64,000 nt of DNA from Promethearchaeota archaeon (GTDB taxonomy: Archaea; Asgardarchaeota; Lokiarchaeia; Sigyniarchaeales; SOKP01): the NCBI GenBank assembly GCA_048939995.1, contig JBHLOY010000001.1, forward strand, positions 256,001 to 320,000, read 5' to 3'. Below are positions 20,159-30,364 of this stretch, one piece after another (within the stretch, counting starts at the first letter, position 1; the number at the start of each line of letters is the position of its first letter). Made by a program: the position numbers and the translations under genes. The notes beneath the pieces are model-generated. The model was not told the DNA's origin. It saw only the letters and a list, made by a program, of their open reading frames with translations, and did no database searches.

Positions 20159-20608
20159 ATGGGAGAAGAGATTGAAAAGAAAATATTTAAAGGAAGGATT
20201 AAAGTTCCTTACAAACATACTGCTGGGGCTTATGTAGAGAAGTTTATTACACATATTGGAAAGGAACATAAAATTATGGGAGTTAAGTGCCCAAAATGCA
20301 AAAAAGTGTTTGTTCCTCCAAAAATGATATGTTTTGAATGCTTTGAAAAAATGGAAGAATGGATTGAAGTAGAAAATATTGGCACAGTGACAGGTTTCAC
20401 TGTTATTACGCATTCTACACCTGTGTTGCCATTGGAATCCCCCTTTGCTTATGCCAGAATTAGATTAAACGGCGCAGATACCGATTTTGTACATTTGATA
20501 AATGAAAGTGATCCTAATAAGTTACGCGTTGGTATGAAAGTTGAAGCTGTTTTTAAAGAAAAACCAAGAAAAAGAATCTTAGATATTGAGTATTTTAAAC
20601 CAATATAA
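20159..20608 (+). CDS. DUF35 Zn-ribbon/OB-fold protein
   Basis: KCPKC..VPP..CFEC, LNGADT, VGMKVEAVF; GAGGTGA SD before ATG 20159. Confidence 0.9.
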   Translation: MGEEIEKKIFKGRIKVPYKHTAGAYVEKFITHIGKEHKIMGVKCPKCKKVFVPPKMICFECFEKMEEWIEVENIGTVTGFTVITHSTPVLPLESPFAYARIRLNGADTDFVHLINESDPNKLRVGMKVEAVFKEKPRKRILDIEYFKPI

Positions 20609-20678
20609 TAAAAGATTAATTTCTTTTTTTTTTTATCTTATTAAATTAACATCAATAAAAATTTAGATTTGATCAAAT

Positions 20679-21503
20679 ATGAGTGAAAATGTTATCTTAA
20701 TTGAAGAGGATGAGGATAAAACTATTACAACCATAAAAATGAATCGGATTGCGAAAAAGAATGCAATCAATTATGATTTAATGGTAGGTCTTCAAAAAGC
20801 TATAGATCAAGTGGAACGCTCTGATACAAGGGTTGTCATCATCACTGGTGGAGATGAATTATTTAGCTCTGGAATTGATTTAAACTTCCTAACTGGGCAA
20901 GAAAAAGATCCTGAGGGCGTAATACCTGATTTACGAGTTCCAAGAAATTTCAGATACTTTGCTAATACATGGATTCATTCAATATTCACAAAAATTGAAA
21001 AAATGGAAAAACCAGTAATCGCTAAAATCAACGGTTATTGCTTTGGAATGGCATTTGAGCTTGCTTTGGCGTGTGACTTTCGATTTTGCACCGAATCGGC
21101 TCAATTTCACATGCTTGAAAGTAAGATCGGTATGAACCCAGATGTGGGGGGTACAATAAGGTTAACAAGGCTTGTAGGTATTCAAAATGCTAAAGATATA
21201 ATTTTAACTGGACGTATGTTTGATGGAAATGAAGCTTATAGATTAGGAGTCGTAAATCGAGTAACTAAAACACACCAAGAATTAGATTCTATAATTAAAA
21301 TGTATACAGATGAGCTTATAGACAGCGCACCTCTAGCTGTAGGGCTTACTAAAAAATTAATTGATGATTGTTATGGCAAGGATACTGCTTTTGGACTAGA
21401 GCTTGAAACTTTGGTAAGTTCACAATTGCTTCAAACAAAAGATGCTGTATCTGGAGCTTTAGCAAGATTACAGAAAACAAAACCAAAATGGAAATGGAAA
21501 TAA
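20679..21503 (+). CDS. Enoyl-CoA hydratase/isomerase (crotonase)
   Basis: FSSGIDL, KPVIAKING..G.AFELALACDFR, ES.IG..P. Confidence 0.92.
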   Translation: MSENVILIEEDEDKTITTIKMNRIAKKNAINYDLMVGLQKAIDQVERSDTRVVIITGGDELFSSGIDLNFLTGQEKDPEGVIPDLRVPRNFRYFANTWIHSIFTKIEKMEKPVIAKINGYCFGMAFELALACDFRFCTESAQFHMLESKIGMNPDVGGTIRLTRLVGIQNAKDIILTGRMFDGNEAYRLGVVNRVTKTHQELDSIIKMYTDELIDSAPLAVGLTKKLIDDCYGKDTAFGLELETLVSSQLLQTKDAVSGALARLQKTKPKWKWK

Positions 21504-21528
21504 TTTTTTTTATACTTTTTTTTTTAGA

Positions 21529-22740
21529 TTAAAAGTCAACATCCTTACCTTCAAATGCATATTTGTAGATGTTTTCAAAGTCCGCTTTGGAAGGTAGTCT
21601 TGGACACATAGAGCCGCTGGCATCTTGGAAGCATAAATTAACTAAGGTGTCGAGGTTTTTATCTAAATCTTCTCTTGAAATACCTATATCTTGAATTTTT
21701 TCTGGAAATCCCACCTCTCTATAGAGCTCTTTTAATTTTTTTAGAACCATATTAGCCGCTGTTTTATCACCCTCGTCCCATTTAGCCCAGCCAAGTTGTT
21801 TTGCCAGTTTCGCATAAATTTCAGTTGATGGATCGGTTTTATCAGGGTTGTTCAAACAATATTGCGTTACATATTTCAACATTAGTCCTACACATCTACC
21901 GTGAGGAGTTTGAAATACAGCACCAAGGCAATGTCCAGTAGTATGCCCTATATGTAAATTAGCATTCCCAAATGCTAATCCTCCCATTGTTGCAGCTTGA
22001 TGGAGATAGTCTCGAGCTTCCTTATTTTTTCCATTCTTATAAGCAATAGGTAGGTAACTAAATATCAGTTCTATGGCTTTAGTAGCTAAAGCATTACCAA
22101 ATTCGTTTCTCCCATTTGCAATCAATGCTTCAATTGCATGTGCTAATACATCCATTGCAGTATCTAGAGTTAGACTCGAAGGCATACCTAATGGAAAAAT
22201 AGGATCTAATATAGAATAAGTGGGAACTAATCCTCTATGAGCTTGAATTAATTTTTGCCACACACCATCATTATATCTTGAAATAACTGCTGCATAAGTT
22301 GCATCAGCTCCTGTTCCAGAAGTAGTAGGAATGGCGATCAATTTAGCTTTTTTCCCCAATTCATATAGAGAAATATTAAAAATATGAAGATCATCTATCC
22401 CAAATTCTGGAAACTCGTACATGGCCCAAACTCCCTTTGCAGTATCTATAACAGACCCTCCTCCCAACGCGATAATTAAATCTGGTTTATAGGTTAAACA
22501 GGATTCCTTAGCTTTTAGCAGTATTTCTTCTTTTGGGTCAGGTTCAACTTCAGTAAATAATTCGGAAACTTTTCCTAATTTATCCAATTTATTTGTCAAA
22601 ATTTTAGTATAACCTAAACTTTCTATATTCTTGTCAGTAATTATAAAACATTTACCTCCTGCAATATTTTCCAAAAAATCTAACGCATCTTCTCCATAGA
22701 CAATATTAGGACTATTAAAAAACCACATATAAAATATCAC
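21529..22740 (-). CDS. Iron-containing alcohol dehydrogenase
   Basis: ALGGGSVIDTAK, IPTTSGTG, D.LAHAIE, H..GH, PHG; true start may be ATG 22728. Confidence 0.92.
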   Translation of the reverse strand: MIFYMWFFNSPNIVYGEDALDFLENIAGGKCFIITDKNIESLGYTKILTNKLDKLGKVSELFTEVEPDPKEEILLKAKESCLTYKPDLIIALGGGSVIDTAKGVWAMYEFPEFGIDDLHIFNISLYELGKKAKLIAIPTTSGTGADATYAAVISRYNDGVWQKLIQAHRGLVPTYSILDPIFPLGMPSSLTLDTAMDVLAHAIEALIANGRNEFGNALATKAIELIFSYLPIAYKNGKNKEARDYLHQAATMGGLAFGNANLHIGHTTGHCLGAVFQTPHGRCVGLMLKYVTQYCLNNPDKTDPSTEIYAKLAKQLGWAKWDEGDKTAANMVLKKLKELYREVGFPEKIQDIGISREDLDKNLDTLVNLCFQDASGSMCPRLPSKADFENIYKYAFEGKDVDF

Positions 22741-22797
22741 TCATCAATTTTAATTTTCATAAAAATTAATTATTTAAAAAGAAAATAGTTTAAAAAG

Positions 22798-23199
22798 TTA
22801 TAAAAATTCAGTTTCGACTCTTTGTAAGCTATTTACGATTTCTTGAGCAGCTCTAGTGGCTCGCATCAATTTTGCCATATTTCCTACTAGTCTTAGTTTC
22901 CCAGACATTACTCCTTGAATAGTATCTAATTCTTTTTTAGCAATCTTAACCCAGTTATCATAGGGTCCAGAAAGTGTAAATTCTACATCCATTTTCTCAC
23001 CTTCCTCTAATAGTTTAACACTAGTGCATTCTCCGTGATAAAGTCCAAGAAAAAATCTGACTTCATGATCTAAGGGACCACTAGGTTCGATTACACATAA
23101 CATATCTCCTTCCCACCATGATGCGGCTTCACTATAGGCAGGATTATCGTTAATGGCCTTTCCAAAATCATCTAACCACTCTTTTGTTAAAATTTTCAT
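22798..23199 (-). CDS. Stand-alone SCP2 (sterol/acyl carrier) domain protein
   Basis: EWL....IN....Y.....WEG, G.LD....MSGKLRLVGNMAKLM. Confidence 0.85.
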   Translation of the reverse strand: MKILTKEWLDDFGKAINDNPAYSEAASWWEGDMLCVIEPSGPLDHEVRFFLGLYHGECTSVKLLEEGEKMDVEFTLSGPYDNWVKIAKKELDTIQGVMSGKLRLVGNMAKLMRATRAAQEIVNSLQRVETEFL

Positions 23200-23276
23200 T
23201 AATATCCACCTAATAAAATATATTTCCTTATTTTATTTTTAAATATTTAATATTTTATAGTATTTATCAAAATGGG

Positions 23277-24473
23277 TTAGGTTAAAGTTAAATCAAGATG
23301 GATATCTGTTAAAGGATAAGAGACACAGGGATGAATAAATCCAAAATCCTTGTCAACTTCACGGATAGTGACCCAAGGAGGTACAAAAATTTTTCCAGAG
23401 ATCAATTTTGTTCTGCATAATGCACACTCTCCTGAACGACAGCCATTTGCAATTCCAATCCCCGGTAATTTTAGACGTTCTATACTATTTAGAAGTGGTT
23501 CTATACAAGAAGCTTTAAATTCTATTTTTTCAGCAGCACTACCTTTCCTAAGATCAATTTCTATTTTAATCTCCTGTGAAGCATCAACTTCTTTTGGCCA
23601 TCCCATAATTTGGGCTATATCTTCTGGAATTCCAAATGCTTCATAATAGATTTTATGTTCTGGCACCCCTATAGTACTCATTTCAGCTTTAATAAATTCA
23701 TACATAGGAAGATTTCCTACAACATAGAAATACTTGTTCTTTATTGAACCTATCTCATTTAAAATCTTATCTTTTGTAATGAAGCCGCATTCTCCACTCC
23801 AATCAGGCTCTGGTTCAGATAATATGAATTTTATCCTTATATTTGTCCTTCTTTTTTGAATATCTTCTAATTCATCTCTAAAGAGAATATCTTTTTCAGT
23901 TAAACAGCCATAAATCAGTGAAATATTCAATGGTAAAGCTTTCTCAGAGATGTCTCTTAGCATCGAAATAAATGGAGTTATCCCGCATCCTCCAGCGATA
24001 AATACAAGATGATCTCCATGAAAGAGAGGGTTATAAAATAAGTTTCCTAAAGGTTCAGTTGCTTCATAAATATCTCCGATCTTTGCAGATTCGAATAAGT
24101 AAGGACTAACAAAGCCACCTTGCTTCTTTCTAATGCCTAACTCATAATAAGCAAGTTGATTAGGTGATGATACTAATGAATAAGGACGTGATGTTCTGAC
24201 TCCATCAATTTCCAAAGTAACACCTATGTATTGGCCCGCCCGAAATGGTGCTAAAGCCTTTTTTGGTTTCGCTGATATAAATCGAAATAATTTTGTATCA
24301 TGAGAAAGGTCTTCAATATCAGTTAGTTTTAGTAATTGATTTCCAGGATGTATTCTTTCACATAAATTTTCTAAACCATCAAAATACCAAGGAATTGGTT
24401 GAATTTCTTCACGCAACTTTTTCAATTTTTCAGCTTTTTGATATTTCTTTATATCTTCCATCATGTTTACCAT
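23277..24473 (-). CDS. FNR-type FAD/NAD(P)H oxidoreductase with C-terminal [2Fe-2S] ferredoxin (PaaK/Hcr-like)
   Basis: F.AGQY, RPYSLVS, GG.VS, IAGGCGITPF, CRSGECALC...HPC. Confidence 0.9.
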   Translation of the reverse strand: MVNMMEDIKKYQKAEKLKKLREEIQPIPWYFDGLENLCERIHPGNQLLKLTDIEDLSHDTKLFRFISAKPKKALAPFRAGQYIGVTLEIDGVRTSRPYSLVSSPNQLAYYELGIRKKQGGFVSPYLFESAKIGDIYEATEPLGNLFYNPLFHGDHLVFIAGGCGITPFISMLRDISEKALPLNISLIYGCLTEKDILFRDELEDIQKRRTNIRIKFILSEPEPDWSGECGFITKDKILNEIGSIKNKYFYVVGNLPMYEFIKAEMSTIGVPEHKIYYEAFGIPEDIAQIMGWPKEVDASQEIKIEIDLRKGSAAEKIEFKASCIEPLLNSIERLKLPGIGIANGCRSGECALCRTKLISGKIFVPPWVTIREVDKDFGFIHPCVSYPLTDIHLDLTLT

Positions 24474-26020
24474 CTCCCTTCGATTTTATCTTTTAAATAA
24501 ATCCCTGAAGCAATCCTACCTCCAAGTATGGTGGAAGAAAAACCACCTCCAAAATTTGTCCATGCACCTACTTGATAAAGTCCAGGAATTGCCCCTCTAC
24601 TAGTTAATCTAAATAATGGCCCGTTAGTGACATCTTGAGTTGTACCATAAATAGCACCTTCAAGATTCTTCGAATATCGGTAGTATGTTAGAGGACTTGC
24701 TGCTACAGCAACTTCTATATAGTCTCGGATTTCTGGACATATTGTTTCTTCCACTAATGAGATCATACCATCCGCGATTTCATCCTTAAGCTGAAAGTAT
24801 TGATCTGGGGGGACACTTTGCCATAGTTTACCCATTTGTAAAGTAGTTAATACAAGTTGTGTTGTCCCAGGAGGTGATATATCCTCATAAATATGATTAT
24901 AGCAGGCCGCTACGATATATTTCGGTACCTCTAATTTGTGAAACATTTCATATGCTTCATTCATATTGTAACTATTATTGATGAAGGTCTCGTGAGCAGT
25001 TAAGCCCAAGTCTTTATAAGAAGCGTTCAGTCCAATATAAACTGAGAATCCTGAGGGTCCAATCTCAGGGGTATAAATTTTTTTCTTGTATTCTTCAGGA
25101 ACAGTCTCAGGTGGTAACATTTTCATTGTAGTACATATTGGGTTAACATTAGAAATCAGTGCCTTACACTTGTAAATGTCTCCATTAATCAATTCCACAC
25201 CGCAAACTCTTCCATTTTCTACTAATACCTTATTTACTAAAGCATTATATCTTATTTCTCCGCTAAACTTTTCAAATGCTTCGACCATTGCGTTTACTAA
25301 TGAATGAGATCTTCCCATAGGAAATGCTGCGCCCCATTTTAAATAAAAGATTAACATGGCAATAAAGGCATATGCATTTAATCTATCTGGTGGTAATCCA
25401 ACGTATCCCCAAAGTTGTGAAATTAGAGCAATCAACTTCTTGTCAGTAAAGAATTTTGAGTATAATTCAGATAAGGTAATACCAGAGACACGTGGAAGCC
25501 AAGGATGATCTTTAAGAACTTCTTGAGGCTTGAATTTCCCTCTTTTTGAAGCAACATATTCAATTCCTCTTAATACCGCTTTACACATCTCCATGAATTC
25601 TTCTATACCTTTTTTTTCGGAAGGAAAAAGCTCAATTAATTTTGCAGTGTATTCTTCTACACCCAATGGCATTGTAATGTCAAATCCATCGAGAAATACA
25701 CTTCTATAAAATTCTGGCACTTGTTTAAATTGTAATCTATCCGGAATAATTTCTAATCTCTCTAAAAAGCGATATAAACTGCCTTTATTATCTTTTGTGC
25801 CTATATCACTAAGTTCATGAAGTGCACCTTCAAATTCGAATCTTCCTCGTACGAAAGAAGTAGCAAAACCTCCTGGAACATTATGTTTTTCGAGTAATAA
25901 AACTTTTTCTCCTCTTAATACCAATTGACATGCTGCACCAAGTCCTCCAAGTCCAGCTCCAACAACTATAACTGGATATGTAGAAATAACTCTATTCTCA
26001 TCATAAGTACTATTTATCAT
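24467..26020 (-). CDS. CrtI/retinol-saturase-like FAD-dependent oxidoreductase
   Basis: VVGAGLGGL, EKHNVPGG...F.RG.FEFE, SPLTY.RY...GAIYG, GLYQVG...GGG. Confidence 0.85.
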   Translation of the reverse strand: MINSTYDENRVISTYPVIVVGAGLGGLGAACQLVLRGEKVLLLEKHNVPGGFATSFVRGRFEFEGALHELSDIGTKDNKGSLYRFLERLEIIPDRLQFKQVPEFYRSVFLDGFDITMPLGVEEYTAKLIELFPSEKKGIEEFMEMCKAVLRGIEYVASKRGKFKPQEVLKDHPWLPRVSGITLSELYSKFFTDKKLIALISQLWGYVGLPPDRLNAYAFIAMLIFYLKWGAAFPMGRSHSLVNAMVEAFEKFSGEIRYNALVNKVLVENGRVCGVELINGDIYKCKALISNVNPICTTMKMLPPETVPEEYKKKIYTPEIGPSGFSVYIGLNASYKDLGLTAHETFINNSYNMNEAYEMFHKLEVPKYIVAACYNHIYEDISPPGTTQLVLTTLQMGKLWQSVPPDQYFQLKDEIADGMISLVEETICPEIRDYIEVAVAASPLTYYRYSKNLEGAIYGTTQDVTNGPLFRLTSRGAIPGLYQVGAWTNFGGGFSSTILGGRIASGIYLKDKIEGRW

Positions 26021-26063
26021 TAAAGATCATTCTATCAGATAACATATAAAATTATAGATTTAA

Positions 26064-26093
26064 TTCTGATTTTTACATTTTAGGAAATCAGAA
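26064..26093. promoter_or_regulatory. 9-bp perfect inverted repeat (terminator hairpin or operator)
   Basis: TTCTGATTT-N12-AAATCAGAA between the crotonase stop (26095) and the TATA-like TTTATATG upstream of the crtI-like gene. Confidence 0.45.
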
Positions 26094-26094
26094 A

Positions 26095-26910
26095 CTACCT
26101 ACCAATAAAATTGGGAGCTCTTTTTTCCTTTAGTGCTTGCATTGATTCATTAAAGTCTTTCGACGTGAAGCTTTTTCTTAGAGCTTTATTCTCTATATCC
26201 AGGGTCTTTGAAAGGATTTCTCTGAAATAACTATGCATTGTTTTTTTCATTAATTTTATCGATAAGTAGGGCCCTTTAGGAGGAATTAATCGTAAAGCTT
26301 GTTCTCTAGCGTAAGGAATCAATTTATCAGTTGGTAATACTTTATTTATTAAACCTAGCTCGTATGCTTGCTGAGCTGTGATTTTATCTCCGAAATATAC
26401 GATTTCTTTAGCTTTTTGAAAACCTAAATAAAATGGTAGTATAAAAGAGTTGGCAAATTCTGGAATTATCCCTCTTTTAACAAAAAAGAATCCGAGCCAT
26501 GCATCCTCAGACATATAAATTAGATCAGCACCAGCAAGTGGCATAGTAATGCCCCCTCCAATTGCCATTCCATTAATGGCAACAATAACGGGCTTATTGA
26601 AGTCCCAAAGTTTCATACATAATGTTTTCTGTGCAATATCCATAATATTAATTTCTGGATATTTCTTCATTTCTTCAAACATTTCAAGCTTAAAAAAACC
26701 ACCAGAAGTAAAAGCTTTCCCTTTAGGATCTCCAGTAATTATCAAGACTTTACTACTTTTATCTCCTTCCATATCTTCTAAAATAGTGTATAGTTCCAGA
26801 AATGTAATGTAAGTAACAGCATTTCTTCTTTCAGGTTTAGAAATGGTTGCAGTACATATTCCATTATCTTCTTTTTTATAAATTATGTCTTGAAAGTCAT
26901 CAATATTCAT
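26095..26910 (-). CDS. Enoyl-CoA hydratase/isomerase (crotonase)
   Basis: KAFTSGG, KPVIVAINGMAIGGGIT, F.KRGIIPE. Confidence 0.9.
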   Translation of the reverse strand: MNIDDFQDIIYKKEDNGICTATISKPERRNAVTYITFLELYTILEDMEGDKSSKVLIITGDPKGKAFTSGGFFKLEMFEEMKKYPEINIMDIAQKTLCMKLWDFNKPVIVAINGMAIGGGITMPLAGADLIYMSEDAWLGFFFVKRGIIPEFANSFILPFYLGFQKAKEIVYFGDKITAQQAYELGLINKVLPTDKLIPYAREQALRLIPPKGPYLSIKLMKKTMHSYFREILSKTLDIENKALRKSFTSKDFNESMQALKEKRAPNFIGR

Positions 26911-26975
26911 TTTTGTGATAAAAACTAGAATGTATATACTATTTCAATAAAATAAAAAAAATTAAAAGAATTGGT

Positions 26976-28673
26976 TTAATCTTCACGTAATGCTCTTTTC
27001 AAAACTTTTCCTACCGTAGTTAAAGGCAACTCTTCTCTGAATTCCCAAATCTTTGGGACTTCATACTTTGAAAGATTTTCTTCTGCGTACTTTTGAATAC
27101 TTGCTTTTACTTCATCAGTTGCAGTCACACCTTCCTTTAACTGAATAACTGCTTTTACTATTTCAGCTCCGGGTCGATCGGGGTTCGGTACTCCAATTAT
27201 TGCTAGGATAGCTATGTCGGGATGTTTAGTCATAACTTCTTCTACGTGAACGCTGTAGACCTTAAAACCACTAACGATTAGCATATCTTTTGTACGATCT
27301 ACAATCTTCAAATATCCCTCTTCATCGAAGACACCTACATCTCCAGTATGAACGTAGCCCTCGTTATCAAAGGTTTTCGCTGTCGCTTCAGGTTTATTAT
27401 GATATCTTTTTGTGACTTGAGGTCCTTTGATTAGGATTTCACCAGGAGTCCCAATACCTACTTTTTCACCTGTTTCTACATCAACAAGCTTAATATCCGT
27501 ATCAGGTAGAGGTAACCCCACTGTTCCTATTTTCTTTTCTCCAAACATTGGATTTACAGTAGCCAGTACTGCTGTTTCAGTCATTCCATAGACCTCAACA
27601 AATTTGTTCTGAGAATGAAACTGCTTTTCAAATTGTCTTATCGCTTCAGGAGGAAATGGAGCGGCTCCACTAACATACAGAGTGATATTGTCTAATACTT
27701 CAGGTGGAATATCTTTTGACTTTGGATTTTGTTGAACCATTAAGAAGAGAGTTGGTACATTGCCAAAACTAGAAGGCTTCTTATCAATGAGTTCTTTAAT
27801 AATGTGATCAGTATCTCTCGGATTTGCGATTATAATCTGAGTTCCGCCAATATAATTCAAGAACAATCCAATAAAGTATCCTGCAATGTGGAAATAAGGA
27901 AATGCAGATAACGTAATCTCTTTTCCTTTTTCTCTATTAAGCCAAGTATCGAATTGATGCATGTTTGAAACCAAGTTAGCATGTACTATTTCAGTTCCTT
28001 TAGGAAGACCTGTCGTTCCTCCTGTATATTGAATTAATGCTAAATCAGTCTTGGGATCAATGTTCACTGGTTTTAAATCTATTTCAATATTAATAGCATC
28101 TAAAAATGGAACTACTGTTTTCCCTGGCCATGGTGTCATCTTTCCTTTAGGGATTTTTTTTATCAATTTTCCCATGAATACTTTAAATCCAGAAAAACCC
28201 ATGAATTCAGAAACATTAGTAGGAACAATTACCTGCAAATTTGGTAACCTGTCTAAAAATTTACTAAAGATTTTTTCATAAATAATGTCCATAGTTACAG
28301 CAACTTTAGCATTACAATCCCCAAGTTGATAAGCCATCTCTTCGGGACTTAAGAGTGGAGAACACCCAGAGACTGTTCCACCTGCAATATAGGTCCCATA
28401 AGCGGCAAATAAAAATTGAGGTGTATTTGGAAGACAAATAGCAACTACATCACCCTTTTGTAGCCCATTTTTTTGTAAAAAAGTCCCAAATTTCTGAGCG
28501 TATTCTAAAATTTCAGAAAAAGTGAAAGAACGATCCATAAAATGAAATCCTATTCTATCAGAATATGTGGTCATAGTTTCAGTTAAAATTGTCCCAAGAT
28601 CCTTATTTGGGTATGTTAAAGTGGATGGAACATGTTTATCATACGATTTCAACCAAAATTTTTCACTACTCAT
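26976..28673 (-). CDS. Long-chain fatty acid-CoA ligase
   Basis: YTGGTTGLPKG, YGMTET, TGDVG, VDRTKDM, LP.T.VGK. Confidence 0.92.
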   Translation of the reverse strand: MSSEKFWLKSYDKHVPSTLTYPNKDLGTILTETMTTYSDRIGFHFMDRSFTFSEILEYAQKFGTFLQKNGLQKGDVVAICLPNTPQFLFAAYGTYIAGGTVSGCSPLLSPEEMAYQLGDCNAKVAVTMDIIYEKIFSKFLDRLPNLQVIVPTNVSEFMGFSGFKVFMGKLIKKIPKGKMTPWPGKTVVPFLDAINIEIDLKPVNIDPKTDLALIQYTGGTTGLPKGTEIVHANLVSNMHQFDTWLNREKGKEITLSAFPYFHIAGYFIGLFLNYIGGTQIIIANPRDTDHIIKELIDKKPSSFGNVPTLFLMVQQNPKSKDIPPEVLDNITLYVSGAAPFPPEAIRQFEKQFHSQNKFVEVYGMTETAVLATVNPMFGEKKIGTVGLPLPDTDIKLVDVETGEKVGIGTPGEILIKGPQVTKRYHNKPEATAKTFDNEGYVHTGDVGVFDEEGYLKIVDRTKDMLIVSGFKVYSVHVEEVMTKHPDIAILAIIGVPNPDRPGAEIVKAVIQLKEGVTATDEVKASIQKYAEENLSKYEVPKIWEFREELPLTTVGKVLKRALRED

Positions 28674-28821
28674 TTGTATAACACATTTTTGATTTTATTT
28701 TTTTTATTATTTATTTTGCTCTTTTCATTTTTAAAAGTTAATTTTTGATTGATCAAAGTAATTGATAATAAATATTTTATCAATTTTTTAAATTTTTTAA
28801 TTTGTCAATTTTTTAAACTAG

Positions 28822-29577
28822 TTATAAGCCCGGAATCCTTGTTCTTTTGTATAGAATATCTAAGGCTTTGGAAACGAGAGTGATCACTACTAAGAAAAGT
28901 AGAGCTACAATAATATATGTAAATATTACTGCAAACGTTGCGAAAGCTACAGCATATGCTTGAGCAAAGAGGTCTGATACAGCAATGAAATATACAACGA
29001 CTGTATATTTTGGGAGATATGCTGCTTCATTAGACCATGCAGGAATAACACGACGTAAAGCTTGTGGTAAAATTACTCGCCTTATGCCAGCTCCTCGAGA
29101 CATACCTAAAGATTGAGCAGTAATTAGTTGTTCGCTACTAATAGAAATAATAGCGCCTCGGAAATATTCAGCTTGATATGCAGCACTGTTAAGACCTAAA
29201 GTAAGAATGGCTACCAAGGTTTGTGGGTTTAACCATATGACAGAAATGTTCTTGCCTAAGAATGTGGATACAGTTTTTAATTCCCAATTTCCTAAGGGGA
29301 GATTTAAACTAAGGGGGAGAAAATAGAAGAAGAATATTTGTGCAAGTAACGGCGTGCCACGTATAATTTCAATATATCCGGATGCAATCCAAGAAAGAGG
29401 GGTAGTATATGGAGGGTGAAAACTTTTACCATATACCCGAAGAATAGCAAGTAAAAGTCCAAGGAAAAATCCTATTATAAGTGCCCATAAATATAACCAC
29501 ATGGTCACTATGAAACCCGAGAGAATGAAATTCCAACGGTTTAATACTTGTTCTATAGGATTTGCTTGAATAATCAT
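28822..29577 (-). CDS. Polar amino acid ABC transporter permease
   Basis: RGTPLL, AY.AE.FRG, ILPQALR. Confidence 0.92.
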   Translation of the reverse strand: MIIQANPIEQVLNRWNFILSGFIVTMWLYLWALIIGFFLGLLLAILRVYGKSFHPPYTTPLSWIASGYIEIIRGTPLLAQIFFFYFLPLSLNLPLGNWELKTVSTFLGKNISVIWLNPQTLVAILTLGLNSAAYQAEYFRGAIISISSEQLITAQSLGMSRGAGIRRVILPQALRRVIPAWSNEAAYLPKYTVVVYFIAVSDLFAQAYAVAFATFAVIFTYIIVALLFLVVITLVSKALDILYKRTRIPGL

Positions 29578-30362
29578 TATCTTTCCTCCTCTGATATTTT
29601 TAAAAGTTCTTCATGGCTTCCATATAAAATTTGGAGTTGCTTGAGGAAAGTTTTAACCCTTTCAGACTTTGGGTTTGTAAAAAAGTGCTGTGGGGTACCG
29701 CGTTCTAAAATGATACCTTCTCCAAGAAAAATCATTTCCGATGCAACAGCTCTAGCAAATCCCATTTCATGAGTTACAACCACCATCGTAGTTCCTGATT
29801 TAGCAATATCTAACATTACTTGAAGTACTTCACCGATCAATTCTGGATCTAATGCAGAAGTAGGCTCATCAAATAGTATTACATCAGGCTCCATGGCTAA
29901 AGCACGTGCTATGCCTATGCGTTGTTGTTGACCTCCTGATAGCTGCGCGGGATAATGATCCGCCCATTTTGCCATTTTTACACTTTCTAATGCTTTAAGT
30001 GCTTTTTCTCTAGCTTCTTCCTTTGGTAAAAATTTTACGCGACGAAGTCCAATAGTGACATTGTTTATTGCTGTGAGGTGGGCAAACAAATTAAAATGTT
30101 GGAATACCATCCCAATTCTTGCTCGAATTTGATTAATACTAACTCCTTTTTCTCTTATGTTCTGTCCGCGGAGATATACCTCACCCTTATCCGGAGGATT
30201 TAGCATATTGATACAACGCAGTAATGTGCTTTTCCCAGAACCACTCGGTCCGAATATAACTTTAACATCTCCTTCAGCTACTTCAAAAGAAACTCCTTTC
30301 AGAACTTGCAAATTGTCATAGGATTTCCATATATCAACTAATTTTAGTACAGATTCACTTAT
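29577..30362 (-). CDS. Polar amino acid ABC transporter ATP-binding protein (GlnQ-like)
   Basis: [36 protein letters not shown]; the N-terminal [12 protein letters not shown] lies upstream of the TTG at 30311, so the start is extended to ATA 30362. Confidence 0.9.
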   Translation of the reverse strand: MSESVLKLVDIWKSYDNLQVLKGVSFEVAEGDVKVIFGPSGSGKSTLLRCINMLNPPDKGEVYLRGQNIREKGVSINQIRARIGMVFQHFNLFAHLTAINNVTIGLRRVKFLPKEEAREKALKALESVKMAKWADHYPAQLSGGQQQRIGIARALAMEPDVILFDEPTSALDPELIGEVLQVMLDIAKSGTTMVVVTHEMGFARAVASEMIFLGEGIILERGTPQHFFTNPKSERVKTFLKQLQILYGSHEELLKISEEER

Positions 30363-30364
30363 TT

